A stretch of 64,000 nucleotides of DNA, taken from IMG/VR virus record IMGVR_UViG_3300028832_000096; one strand, given 5' to 3'. This document shows, in pieces, positions 17,379 to 27,619 of this stretch. The notes beneath the pieces were generated by a model. It was not told where the DNA came from and did not search any database. It saw only the letters and a list, made by a program, of their open reading frames with translations. The position numbers and the translations under genes are program-made. How positions within the stretch are numbered: position 1 is the first letter of the stretch; each line of letters opens with the position of its first letter. This DNA comes from a virus (taxonomy: Duplodnaviria; Caudoviricetes).

Positions 17379-17687
17379 ATGAGTGGTGGAAGTTTTGATT
17401 ATTTGTATTGTAAAGAGCCTGGAGAGCTGTTTGAACAAGTTGAATATATCGAAGATATGAGCGAAATTGCTTTGCGATTTGGTTATGAAGATATAGCACT
17501 TGATTTAACTCGGCTTGCTGAATACATCAAGTCAGCGAAAAACAGAATAACAGTCCTACAAGAACAATTAAAAGAGGTTATGCATTCAATCGAATGGTAT
17601 GACAGTCACGATATTGGAGAAGATACACTCAAAAAGAGGTTTGAAGAATACAGAAGTGGGGCGGACCTGCGAGGTGATACGAAATGA
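17379..17687 (+). CDS. hypothetical protein (MSGGSFDY type)
   Basis: 102-aa ORF with ATGA overlaps at both ends. Confidence 0.75.
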   Translation: MSGGSFDYLYCKEPGELFEQVEYIEDMSEIALRFGYEDIALDLTRLAEYIKSAKNRITVLQEQLKEVMHSIEWYDSHDIGEDTLKKRFEEYRSGADLRGDTK

Positions 17688-18031
17688 ACAACGATTTAAT
17701 TAGTCGTAATTCTGTTATTGAATTATTAAAGAAATGGTCAGATGGATATTCTTATATTGAATTACCAACCGAAGATGCAATTAAACAAATGTCCGCATTA
17801 CCTGCAGTAGAACCTGAAATCGCAGACAGTTTTTATATAATCACACATACAGGGCAAAGAGTTGAATTTGAAATGAAACGGCCAAAAGGCAAGTGGAAAG
17901 TTTATGGGAAGCAAGGTAACATTCCAATTACTGATATGTGTTCAAATTGCCGATATGAAATGAAATGGTATAAGAACAAACATAACTTCTGCCCTAACTG
18001 CGGCGCAGATATGCGAGGTGATACAGAATGA
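17684..18031 (+). CDS. DLISR-type protein with C-terminal zinc ribbon
   Basis: MNNDLISR...CSNC...FCPNCGADMRG. Confidence 0.75.
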   Translation: MNNDLISRNSVIELLKKWSDGYSYIELPTEDAIKQMSALPAVEPEIADSFYIITHTGQRVEFEMKRPKGKWKVYGKQGNIPITDMCSNCRYEMKWYKNKHNFCPNCGADMRGDTE

Positions 18032-18642
18032 GTAAGTGCAATAATTGTATTCATAGATACGTTTGCGAATTAAAGTGTGCATACGAAGATAATGATAGGG
18101 AGTGTCTTGATTTTGATGAAGAAAGACCGCAAGGCGAGTGGTTGCACAACGGAATAAATGTTGAGGGTATGGACTTATACCGTTGCTCTATCTGTAATCG
18201 CAGTATTGTAACTTGGAGTTCAAGAATTGACGAATATCCTTATTGTCATTGTGGAGCAGATATGCAGAAAGGCGGTGTGGAATGAGTGAAATTCGTTGGA
18301 CAGACAAGGTGTATCTTGATAGTCAAGGCAACATAAGAAGTTCTGATGGTTGTCCTACTGACCAAATGACACAAGAACTGATTAACAAAGTTATGACTAA
18401 CATTGGTTGTGCAAAACCTATTGAGGGAGACGGTGCGGAATGAACAACGACTTAATTAGCCGTACTGCTTTGAAAAAAGAATTGTCAAAACGATTATGGT
18501 TTGTCAGTAGTCCAGAAACGGATGCACAAGCGATTAAGGACATTATCGACAATGCACCGACAGTTTCAGACAGATATGACGAAGGGTATGCACAAGGCTA
18601 TGTTGACGGAAATACCGGAGCAGATTGGAGAGGTGATACGGA

Positions 18643-19020
18643 ATGAAACCAAAATGGTTATACAGGTTAGAGGCGGTAAATCCTGAAAATGGTCTTTGGT
18701 ATAATTCAAATGGTCAATTAGTTTGGGATATAGGTAAACTTGAAAACTGTACTACAAAAGATTTACCTATGGACTATGATGAGAGGTATCATAAGGACGG
18801 TAGATTTTGGTACTCATCTTGCAGTAGAAAAGAGGATTTAAGCCATTGGTATTCTTTGCAAGACGCTCTTGATTTAATTGCTAACGGATTTGTATTTACT
18901 CGTTATCTTGCAACCGAATATGTTGAGTACGATATGGAAACAACATTTATTAAGGAAACATCACTCGCAAGAGAAATCCTTAATATCAGTGATATTTGGG
19001 AAGATGGTGACGCTGAATGA
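18643..19020 (+). CDS. hypothetical phage protein
   Basis: 125-aa ORF, LYRLE...GLWY. Confidence 0.75.
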   Translation: MKPKWLYRLEAVNPENGLWYNSNGQLVWDIGKLENCTTKDLPMDYDERYHKDGRFWYSSCSRKEDLSHWYSLQDALDLIANGFVFTRYLATEYVEYDMETTFIKETSLAREILNISDIWEDGDAE

Positions 19021-20504
19021 GAATAGTAAATCAAACACACTATTATGACATCATAATAAATGGACAAACAGTAACTCCCTCGCAGGAATACACTACGGGT
19101 GAGATGATGTTTAACTCCCAAGCAATATTTTCTGATGTAGGTTCAGTAGAAATCATTACTGAATATGGCAAAAGGACATTCAGGAATTATGGAAATCTTA
19201 AGGCCTATGAAGATAAAATTCTTAAAGATGCAAATGGTATGCCTCAGATTATGGTAGTACATACTATGCCTCAGAATCTATACAAAGGAGAATAAAGAGA
19301 GGTGCGGAATGAAACTGATAATTGATATTCCCGAAGAACAATATAATTTCATCAAACTGTCTGATAAATCTGTTTTTGCAGATGCATCAAGTAAGGAATG
19401 TATGCTTAACTCGATTAAAAACGGCATACCGCTACCAAAGGGACACGGCAGACTTCTTGATGAAAATTATGTTATTGCAGAATTAGTCTATCGAAAGAAC
19501 TTGTTAGCAGACAATGTAAAGTGTGGTCAAGTCACAGAGATTTTCAACAATGCAGTTGTAATTGATGCAGATATGGAGAGTAACAATGAAACTAATAATT
19601 GATATTGACGAGAAAGAATATAGAACTATTCTTGCTAATGCAGAATTGTATAAAGCCACGAATTGGGGCAGTGTTAATGTATGGGACGCAATCTTAAATG
19701 CTACACCAATTTCAACAGACGGCGATTTAATTAGTCGCAGTGCTTTGAAAGAGGAAGTAAATAAGAAACGAGTTGTTGGAAGATTTAACACATTAGTGCT
19801 TATCGACAATGCGCCCTCAATAGAACCAGAAAATCGAAAGGTAGTGCGGAATGACTGATAAAGAAATTAAAGCATTGCAGCAATTTGTAGAAACTTCAAG
19901 TGCAACTGTCACAATACTGACATCCCTAATAGAGGACCTTGCACCTATTATAGGATATGACGAAGCAAATCGTTTGATGAAGATTTATATCGATGCACAA
20001 GCGAAATATGAGTGATGTAAAATGACACAGGATGAATTTGCTAAAGAAATTGGTTATAATGGTTGTCGCAATTGTGTACACCAAATATCACCTTTGAGGA
20101 TGTGCGAATGGGCAGAGCACGGTGGAGATGGCAAAATTCACTTAATATGCCCATATTGGATTAAACGAGGTAATGAAAATGAAATGTGATAAATGTTTAA
20201 ATTCCAGACCGATAATGTCTGAGAATGGTCTGCATAGAGTATGCGGACTCTCTAATGAAAAAGAAGCGGTGGACTGTCTCATAGGCAAAGTTGACCACAG
20301 CGTTATCTTATTCAAAGACGAAAACAAAAATGACTGAAAGAGAAGAATATTTAACAAAGTGCCTGCAGGACATATTTGAATACTGTAAGGAACACAGTCC
20401 TTACTGCGACGGTTGCATATTCTATCGACAAGTACAGATAGGTAAATCAGTACTGGGCCAATGTAGAGTACTTGATTGTCCTGAAGTATTTGGAGAAGCC
20501 AAAG

Positions 20505-20539
20505 AAAAACCTCCGACTTAATTAATCGGAGGTTTAAAA
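20505..20539. terminator. bidirectional terminator between convergent blocks
   Basis: AAACCTCCGA/TCGGAGGTTT inverted repeat with A/T flanks. Confidence 0.65.
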
Positions 20540-20560
20540 TTGCTATTGTAAAGATAAGAA

Positions 20561-21226
20561 TTAAGGATTCTGAGAAAATTTAAAATTATCTAAATCAGCA
20601 ATAAGTGCATCTACATCTGAATTGGATTTGCTGCTAGAATTGAATTTCTCAAGAATACTTCTGTATTCCACCATCTTATTCTCAACATTTTCTGCTTCGC
20701 TGATAGCGTAGCGAACATATCTAACTAACTCATCACGGGATTTCTTATTACCGATAGCTAAATATCTTTCAGCTGCTTCAGCTAATCTCTCACCGGATGC
20801 GGTCCAGTTACTAAACTTTATAGAATTATAAGTTTTATTAGGGTCACGACCTTCAGCTCCGTATACATCGCTGCAAGCATCAACATCGAAATCTCCAGAA
20901 GAAGCTTGTTCCTCAAGCGCATCCCAGATTTCATCGCTTATAAGGTCGACTGCTTTAAGGCCTTTCTTAATTTTATAGCCGTAATCTTTTACCTCACTAT
21001 CAATGTGTTTAGTGAGATAATTTTTGCAAGCTTTTGCAAACTTTTCAGGAGTATTGTATTTCCAGTCATAATCTGCATCATTAACTTGTTCGATAACTCC
21101 CGTGATTAAATCAGCTTCATCTATGAAATCTGTCATATCTTCGACAGAGGATATAATTCCCTTTTCATCAAAATCCTTAGAAGCTTTTAAGTAACTGCTG
21201 GGATACTTTCTGTTTGTCCTCTTCAT
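20561..21226 (-). CDS. leader-bearing two-domain protein
   Basis: Start corrected to MKRTNRKYPSSYLKAS (GGAGG RBS); internal VDAC/VYGA linker. Confidence 0.75.
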   Translation of the reverse strand: MKRTNRKYPSSYLKASKDFDEKGIISSVEDMTDFIDEADLITGVIEQVNDADYDWKYNTPEKFAKACKNYLTKHIDSEVKDYGYKIKKGLKAVDLISDEIWDALEEQASSGDFDVDACSDVYGAEGRDPNKTYNSIKFSNWTASGERLAEAAERYLAIGNKKSRDELVRYVRYAISEAENVENKMVEYRSILEKFNSSSKSNSDVDALIADLDNFKFSQNP

Positions 21227-21262
21227 TTGATTATTTCCTCCATATAAAAATTTCACTTATTT

Positions 21263-21637
21263 TCAACTGTGCATTAAATATAACCTAGCATCTTCGTCAT
21301 GGTCATATGCATCTTTTTCTTCAGCAGAAAACATTTCATTGACGCAAATTTCTCTTGCTGCATCTTCTGAATATGCTTCAACTTCAAAAGTATGATTAAT
21401 TGACCTATTAGGGCATTGAAGCAGAAATTCAAATTTAGTTAATGACTCTTTTACATATATGCCTAGTGTAGATTCATCTATTATAGATATTTCAGTTACT
21501 TTCAAATTAAGTATAGATGGAGATATATTTCCTGTAGAACCTGAATATAATATATCTCCAGAATTGTTAGAAACAATAATATTTACTGAACCTCGATTAG
21601 ATAATAAGGATAATAAATACTGTATAGTTATGTTCAT
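21263..21637 (-). CDS. hypothetical protein
   Basis: Probable start MNITIQY with AGGAG RBS. Confidence 0.6.
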   Translation of the reverse strand: MNITIQYLLSLLSNRGSVNIIVSNNSGDILYSGSTGNISPSILNLKVTEISIIDESTLGIYVKESLTKFEFLLQCPNRSINHTFEVEAYSEDAAREICVNEMFSAEEKDAYDHDEDARLYLMHS

Positions 21638-21807
21638 AGAATATGCTCCTATCAATGAGTTAAATTACACAATCATAAAAGGTTATAACTATATCTATTT
21701 ACAATAGATGGTTATTTACGGATTATCTGAAGTAAAATCTATGTATTTTATAAGGATTTTAAACTCGCCTTCATATATTTTCATAGTGAGTTCTCCTTAT
21801 CTATTAA

Positions 21808-22179
21808 CTATCTGTAACGCTCTTCGGAGTTTAAACGCATCTGCTTTTTAGCCTCTTCAGCAGAAAGTGATGATATGTAATTATATAACTTCTTAAATTC
21901 TTCCGGAGTATATTTTTGATACTGTACATGGTATGTTTCGTATCCATACTTAGTCTTTGATTCTTCATCCGGCAGTAATAAAGTTACATTCAGATAATAA
22001 TGTATTTCTCCCGTTTTTGCATCTACGAGAATTTTTCCAGTATTCAACTCGATGATTATCCCATTATCAAGAGTTATCCTATCACCTGAATTAAATTTCT
22101 TAAATTGATTTGCTTTAGGTGCCGAACCATCTTTGTTAAATGATTTAAGCTCACTGCTTGCGTTTACATATATCTTCAT
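21808..22179 (-). CDS. leader-bearing protein
   Basis: Starts MKIYVNASS. Confidence 0.75.
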   Translation of the reverse strand: MKIYVNASSELKSFNKDGSAPKANQFKKFNSGDRITLDNGIIIELNTGKILVDAKTGEIHYYLNVTLLLPDEESKTKYGYETYHVQYQKYTPEEFKKLYNYISSLSAEEAKKQMRLNSEERYR

Positions 22180-22197
22180 GCTTTTATCCTCGTAGTA

Positions 22198-22692
22198 TCA
22201 ATATTGATTAAGCTGTTCTAACACTATTTTAACAATAGCATCAACCTCTTTATTAGTTAATTCACATATACCAGAATTGCATAATGCAGTATAAGTCATC
22301 TCCTGCATTTCTTCATCAGTATAATTATTGTTTAAAAAATCTGAAACTAAGGGAGATATAACATTTTTAAATATATAAGATAATGTTTTTGTGATACAGA
22401 AGTCGGAAGATAACATATATGAAAGAATAGCATCTTGCGCAGCTGTTTTTCTATCAAATTTTCTATAAACTTCAGGACTAGCAATTACTATAGTATCGGG
22501 ATTAAAGTCACAGGGAAATACAGTGTTAGGATATAAAAATCCTTTAACGTCGTCAGAACCTCTCCACTGAATGAACCCGCGTCTAATTGCCGATAAGATA
22601 TTATAATCACCAGATAACTGAGGAAAATACCTCTTCAAACAATTAGTTAACAATGTATCACTATTAGTTGTAGCTTTTACATAAATCTTCAT
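22198..22692 (-). CDS. leader-bearing protein
   Basis: Starts MKIYVKAT. Confidence 0.75.
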   Translation of the reverse strand: MKIYVKATTNSDTLLTNCLKRYFPQLSGDYNILSAIRRGFIQWRGSDDVKGFLYPNTVFPCDFNPDTIVIASPEVYRKFDRKTAAQDAILSYMLSSDFCITKTLSYIFKNVISPLVSDFLNNNYTDEEMQEMTYTALCNSGICELTNKEVDAIVKIVLEQLNQY

Positions 22693-22952
22693 AAATCATA
22701 TTCCCCTTTATTTAACTGCTTCTTCAAGAATTCAATAGCTTTTTCAGGACTATTGAATACCTCATCAATACCCTTCTTATCATTATATACAGTAGTCTTC
22801 TTACCAAAATCTCCGCTATAACTGCCGGATTTTCTATCGTATAAACGACCAATTTCAATAAGATAGTCGCCTACTTGCATAGAACCGCCGTTAGCCTTAA
22901 TAGCTGCTTCGGTTATCATTATATCTTTGGAAGATTTTACATATATCTTCAT
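22689..22952 (-). CDS. leader-bearing protein
   Basis: Starts MKIYVKSS. Confidence 0.75.
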   Translation of the reverse strand: MKIYVKSSKDIMITEAAIKANGGSMQVGDYLIEIGRLYDRKSGSYSGDFGKKTTVYNDKKGIDEVFNSPEKAIEFLKKQLNKGEYDL

Positions 22953-23100
22953 ATCTCAAAAACCTCACAACTATTTACCTGCCAACAACCCATATCTTCA
23001 AGGTCTTGTTCTACTTGATAGCGGATTGTTCCTCGGTTGCTTCTTCATCATCAAAAATTGCTTCAATTTCAATAAGCAATGTTGCTTTTACTTTTTTCAT
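22949..23100 (-). pseudogene. small gene with an apparent 1-nt frameshift
   Basis: Good RBS and MKKVKATLLIEIEAIFDDEEATEE; one extra A near 23029 would give TIRYQVEQDLEDMG...FEI* ending in an ATGA overlap with the next gene. Confidence 0.45.
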
Positions 23101-23285
23101 GGCAATTTACCTCACACTACAATAAAAGGTTATGTACATCATAACGATTATCAATTACAAGTCCACTGCCAGGTTATCGTACCTGAATCAAATACTGATA
23201 CAAAGCCATGAGATTCCATTAGAGGTCAATTATATTTTGCTACAATGTTTAGATAATTAATCGACGTATTAATTCATTATAATCA

Positions 23286-23320
23286 AAATAAAAAAGAGCC
23301 CGATTGCTCGAGCTCTTTTG
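23286..23320 (-). terminator. intrinsic terminator after the MCP
   Basis: AAAAGAGCTCGAG/TCGGGCTCTTTT hairpin followed by a T run. Confidence 0.75.
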
Positions 23321-23398
23321 AAATTTTGAAGTGAAATCGAATTTTATTGAAAGCGACGAAACTGGTCAGGTTACGCCGCTGTTTGTTCTGAAGGATTA

Positions 23399-24844
23399 TC
23401 AGAAAGCGCCAAGAACCTTACCAGAAACGATGGTATTCGGGTTGACGATTTTGGTTGCATACATTGTTGCAAAACCGGACTGTACAGAAGCGTTAGCAAG
23501 ACCGATATCGTCTGTCTTAATCATCGGCATATACTCACCGTAGAGAGCTGAGTTACGACGAATGTCGTTGGACTTGCAGCACATAACCCAAGTATTGACA
23601 TCGTAATAAGGGTCAACGTAGATTGTGTACTGGTCAAGTGTACCAAGCTTGTAAGGACCAACGGGCTCTTCGTTAGAAGCTGCAACGAAACCAGGAAGTC
23701 TGGAGATGAGAGAAGCAACCTTTGTACCACAGATGATTCTGTTAGGTCTAGCGAGGTTTGTTGCCTGGAAGACTGCATTAGCTGCATCATCAAGCTTGAA
23801 CTTGAAGAGGTTAAGGAAGTCAGAAGGCATTACAGCGCCGTTGAATGCAAGAGATGCATCCCAGTTGTACTGAGGAGCATATGTTGCAGCAGCTGCGAGC
23901 TGGTTGAAGCAATAGCTGTTGATTTCAGCTGTGAGCTCTGAGAAAGCAGCTTCCTTAGAAATCTCACCGATGTTTGCACCGTACTCCTGCTGAGCAGCGA
24001 ATGCAGAATAGATGGACCAATAAGAAGCGATTTCGTGTGCCTCAGCGATGAGGTTGATTTCGTCGAGCTGGAGGTAGCCCTTTGCCATCTTAGCACCGTA
24101 GTTACCATTCTGGTCAGGACCTACTGTCTCGTTGTCATACTCATAAGAAGCAGAAAGTGTTCCTGTGAGTGTGCCGATTGTACCAAGTGCGTAATCGATT
24201 GTGCCTGCTTCAGAAGAATTAGACTTCTTAATGAGCTTACCAGCACCATCATCGATATAGGTATCAGTACCATCGGAGATAGAAACTGAACCAGGGAGAA
24301 TAGGAGTATAAGCAAGTGTGCTGTTAGCAACTGCTTCGTTCCTGATTACACGACCTGTGAAGTTCGGGTCCATACCCTGACGGTTAACAAATGCAGAAGA
24401 AAGGACTGTGCCCTTAGCTGTCTCACCCTTTGTATTCTCAGCGATGAACTTGAAATAAGGGATAATCTGCTGACGAGACTTCATTGCAACAGAACCGAAA
24501 ACGTCGAGAACGAGGAGCTTCTGAACGAACATCGGGAGGAGCTCTACGAAATCGGGCTTAGCGATGATGTTGGATGTGTTTGTAGCACCCATGATAGCAG
24601 ACTGTCTACGTGTGTTGCTAACAAGCTGATTAGCGAAGATACGCTGCTCAGGTGTGAGCTGAACGGAAGCTGCTACTCTAGACATAGGACGAGCCATTCT
24701 AGAACGAGCGCCAGCGGTGATAGAAGTACCAGCATTGATGCTACGAGGAGCAGAATAGCCGATTCTAGCGGGTCTATCCATCCTCTGAGAAGCGGTAATG
24801 CTACGAGAAGGAGTAACTCTACGAGTTGTCTTTTTAATAGCCAT
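23399..24844 (-). CDS. major capsid protein, T4 gp23-like, with basic propeptide
   Basis: LDVFGSVAM...IIPYFKF, ELTAEIN, IYVDPY, YGEYMPM and GFATMYA parallel gp23 motifs; lies downstream of the protease gene. Confidence 0.9.
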   Translation of the reverse strand: MAIKKTTRRVTPSRSITASQRMDRPARIGYSAPRSINAGTSITAGARSRMARPMSRVAASVQLTPEQRIFANQLVSNTRRQSAIMGATNTSNIIAKPDFVELLPMFVQKLLVLDVFGSVAMKSRQQIIPYFKFIAENTKGETAKGTVLSSAFVNRQGMDPNFTGRVIRNEAVANSTLAYTPILPGSVSISDGTDTYIDDGAGKLIKKSNSSEAGTIDYALGTIGTLTGTLSASYEYDNETVGPDQNGNYGAKMAKGYLQLDEINLIAEAHEIASYWSIYSAFAAQQEYGANIGEISKEAAFSELTAEINSYCFNQLAAAATYAPQYNWDASLAFNGAVMPSDFLNLFKFKLDDAANAVFQATNLARPNRIICGTKVASLISRLPGFVAASNEEPVGPYKLGTLDQYTIYVDPYYDVNTWVMCCKSNDIRRNSALYGEYMPMIKTDDIGLANASVQSGFATMYATKIVNPNTIVSGKVLGAF

Positions 24845-24883
24845 AATTTTCTCCTAGTGTTTAATGACTTTAATATAGTGAAG

Positions 24884-26377
24884 TTAAAGTACTGCTAAAT
24901 CTCCACTATCGCCGTCTTCAGTTGCCACATCGACAGGAAATACATCTTCATCATCAAATGAAGGATTAACTCCGATGTTTCCGCTGTTTGTTGCGCCTTG
25001 GATTAAGTTTTCCAAATCGCTGACGGTAGTAGATGCAGTTACTGATAAACCAGATGCTCGAATTCCGATAGCATTTGCATAAATGTTAGCATAAGCTTGC
25101 TGATATTCATGCAACATATCTTCCATTGCGAGGATTCGCTTTTCAAGAGAACTAATCTCTTTCTTGGAAGAAGACATTTCAGCTTTGAGTTCGTTGATTT
25201 GCTCACCACGGTTTGATGCTTCTTTAGTTGCGTTGGTAGATGCTACAACAGTCTTGTTTAATCTAGAACGTAACTCTGCAATCTCTGTATCTCTTGCTTC
25301 TATGTCTGCCGAGGAACTCTCGACCTTCTGTTTATAAATAAGGTTATTTTTACGAGCAGAATTTAATTCTTGCATAATTTCAGAATTTCTTGTTTCTGCT
25401 TCGGCTAACTTAGCAGTGAGCTGCTTATTTGCAACTACTAAACTGCGCTGTTTTGTATTCAAATCTACTTTAGAGGCTACAACAGTCTCAATCTTAGATT
25501 GCATTAACTTATTCTGGCTTGCAGAAATCCTCTTAATGCTCTTAATCTGTTTGTCGTAATTAGCTTGTGTCGATGCTAAAGCAGCTTTGAGCTGTTTGTT
25601 CTCAGCAACCTGCTCCATGTACATCTCTGTAACAGCCTGAAGCTTCTTGCCCATAATCTCTTCTTTATCTTCATCGGAGCATTCAGGGCATGTATCGTCT
25701 TCAACACCGATATCTTGCTTTCTTGCTTCAAGCTTTTCATACTCTTTTGAATCAGGATTAAATTGCTTTTGCATTGCTTCGATAGCTTCTACTGTAGCAA
25801 CATTATTGATATTCTTCTCAATTGCAGCACAAACTCTCTTATATTTAACCTGGTCGTCAAGATTCTTGGAAGCAGCAATCTGCTGGAACTCAGGAACTGC
25901 GTCACCATAAGCAGGGAACGCAACTAAATCGAAACCTCTGAATACAAATGTATCAGGGTCTACATTACCTTCAGCATCTACGTCACCGGCACCTCTGATG
26001 GAGATTCCCCACTCAACACCTGCGTCCATAAATGCTTTGACAATTCTACCAACAGGAGTATCGATTAAGTCGAATGTGCCCCATACCTCATCGTCATCAT
26101 GAAGTTCCATATCAGTCATTACAATACAAGCGTCCTGGAACGTCTGTGCTCCAGGGTCTTCAGGATGTCCAAGGTAGCCGATGTAATATCTATGTTCCAT
26201 CGCATCTCTATATTCATCGGAAGCAAGCAACTTCTCAAACAACTCTCTGTTAAGCTTCATTGAATTGTTGTTGAATACTGCTGCATCACAGCACTTGCCT
26301 GTGAATGTTCCAAGAATAGAAGAAGACTTCTTAGGTTCTTCTACTACAGCTGCTGTTACTTTAGCTTTGTTAGCCAT
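24884..26377 (-). CDS. prohead protease (T4 gp21-like) fused to coiled-coil scaffold
   Basis: GYLGHP, DTPVGRIVKA, GISIRGAG and FDLVAFPAY, then a long coiled coil. Confidence 0.88.
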   Translation of the reverse strand: MANKAKVTAAVVEEPKKSSSILGTFTGKCCDAAVFNNNSMKLNRELFEKLLASDEYRDAMEHRYYIGYLGHPEDPGAQTFQDACIVMTDMELHDDDEVWGTFDLIDTPVGRIVKAFMDAGVEWGISIRGAGDVDAEGNVDPDTFVFRGFDLVAFPAYGDAVPEFQQIAASKNLDDQVKYKRVCAAIEKNINNVATVEAIEAMQKQFNPDSKEYEKLEARKQDIGVEDDTCPECSDEDKEEIMGKKLQAVTEMYMEQVAENKQLKAALASTQANYDKQIKSIKRISASQNKLMQSKIETVVASKVDLNTKQRSLVVANKQLTAKLAEAETRNSEIMQELNSARKNNLIYKQKVESSSADIEARDTEIAELRSRLNKTVVASTNATKEASNRGEQINELKAEMSSSKKEISSLEKRILAMEDMLHEYQQAYANIYANAIGIRASGLSVTASTTVSDLENLIQGATNSGNIGVNPSFDDEDVFPVDVATEDGDSGDLAVL

Positions 26378-26396
26378 TTATATCGCCTCCAAATTA

Positions 26397-26759
26397 TTAC
26401 TTCAAATCTCCACCAAGTAATTTACCTGTAAGTCTTACTAAGCCGCCAACTGCGAGAGTCTTAAGTGCTTCTTTAAGAAGACCACCTTCAACAACCTCAC
26501 CTTCGTCGACTTCTGTATATTCAATATCGTCAATTTCTTCAAAAGTAGTTTCATTAATATCTGCTACTTCGTCAACTACCTCAGGCTCAACTTCAATCTC
26601 TTCTGCATCAGCCTTGTTAATAGAATAAGAAGAATCTCCGATATTTACTGTGATTGTAGAACCGTCTTCATTTACGACAATGTCTTTATCAGCAAGTTCG
26701 TCAATCTGACGAAGGAAATCTAATAATGAAGCTGTTGTAAATAAAATTTCATTATCCAT
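26397..26759 (-). CDS. acidic protein, probable prohead core component
   Basis: Next to the protease gene; contains VVEGG. Confidence 0.55.
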   Translation of the reverse strand: MDNEILFTTASLLDFLRQIDELADKDIVVNEDGSTITVNIGDSSYSINKADAEEIEVEPEVVDEVADINETTFEEIDDIEYTEVDEGEVVEGGLLKEALKTLAVGGLVRLTGKLLGGDLK

Positions 26760-26761
26760 AA

Positions 26762-27571
26762 TCAAAACTCCCCATCGTCACCGTAATTAGGGTAGACGCT
26801 ACCGTCCCTAAGTTTATTGTATTCATCTAAAGTAATTTCATCTTCAGAAAGAATAAAAGCTAGTGCTTGACCATAAGCATCCTGTCCGTCAAAATCATAG
26901 CTACCTATAAATCTCTTATTCTTATACAGCATTATCTCGCAAAGAGTATCGCTAATTCTTTCTACAGAATATGCGCAATCTCCAATCTGATAATATGAAT
27001 AATTCTCTAAACTGCCTGCTACAATTTTTCTACCATTTGTTTTTGTAGAAGCATCAAGGAAGAAGTCCTCAAGGTCTTGCTGACTAGGATTCATTCCGCC
27101 CGAAGTCTTAGGGGTAACAGGTGATACCTCTGCAGGTACTTCAGGTGCTACCTCTTCAGGTTCTGTCTTACCATAATTGTAAGTGCCCTTTCTACGCTTA
27201 AGATAATCGTAGCATTCATAAACATCAGATACTGTAATATCACGAACTATATGACCACCCATGTAGTCAACTTCGTCCTGATTATCTCTCTTCCAAACGT
27301 CTTTGCCCTTGCCCCAATCTTCAGCCCAAATCTTGACAACTTGCTTTGCTTTATCAGCAAACCAATTTCTAACCCATTCTTCAGACTTGCCATTGAAACC
27401 ACTTCTCCAAGAAGTATCGTCAACTTGTAATTCGTTGTTCTTGTTAACATCTGCGTAGCTCCAGTACTTACTCATACCGTTGCTATTTTCCCAGATACCA
27501 TCGGATAACTGACCAAGGACGCTATCAATAACTTCTGCTCGAACGTCATTGCCTAAAGGAATTGTAATCAT
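26762..27571 (-). CDS. two-domain hypothetical protein
   Basis: SVLGQLSDGIWENS N-domain; P/E-rich linker with LDAS and IVAG. Confidence 0.75.
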   Translation of the reverse strand: MITIPLGNDVRAEVIDSVLGQLSDGIWENSNGMSKYWSYADVNKNNELQVDDTSWRSGFNGKSEEWVRNWFADKAKQVVKIWAEDWGKGKDVWKRDNQDEVDYMGGHIVRDITVSDVYECYDYLKRRKGTYNYGKTEPEEVAPEVPAEVSPVTPKTSGGMNPSQQDLEDFFLDASTKTNGRKIVAGSLENYSYYQIGDCAYSVERISDTLCEIMLYKNKRFIGSYDFDGQDAYGQALAFILSEDEITLDEYNKLRDGSVYPNYGDDGEF

Positions 27572-27619
27572 ATATAGTATCTCCTAATATAATAAATGTT
27601 ACCTATAAATAAGGTGTTA

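Larger units (their letters stand above)
14267..20521 (+). other. plus-strand island of roughly 25 small accessory genes
   Basis: Tightly coupled small ORFs with Zn ribbons (CPHCG, CRWCG, CPNCG), DLISR and MKLIIDI families, typical of Bacillota phage early regions. Confidence 0.8.

Noticed and set aside
17350-19860. CRISPR array or integron attC sites
   Set aside because: The repeats are degenerate, coding and non-palindromic, and are separated by whole genes. No cas or integrase gene is in the window.
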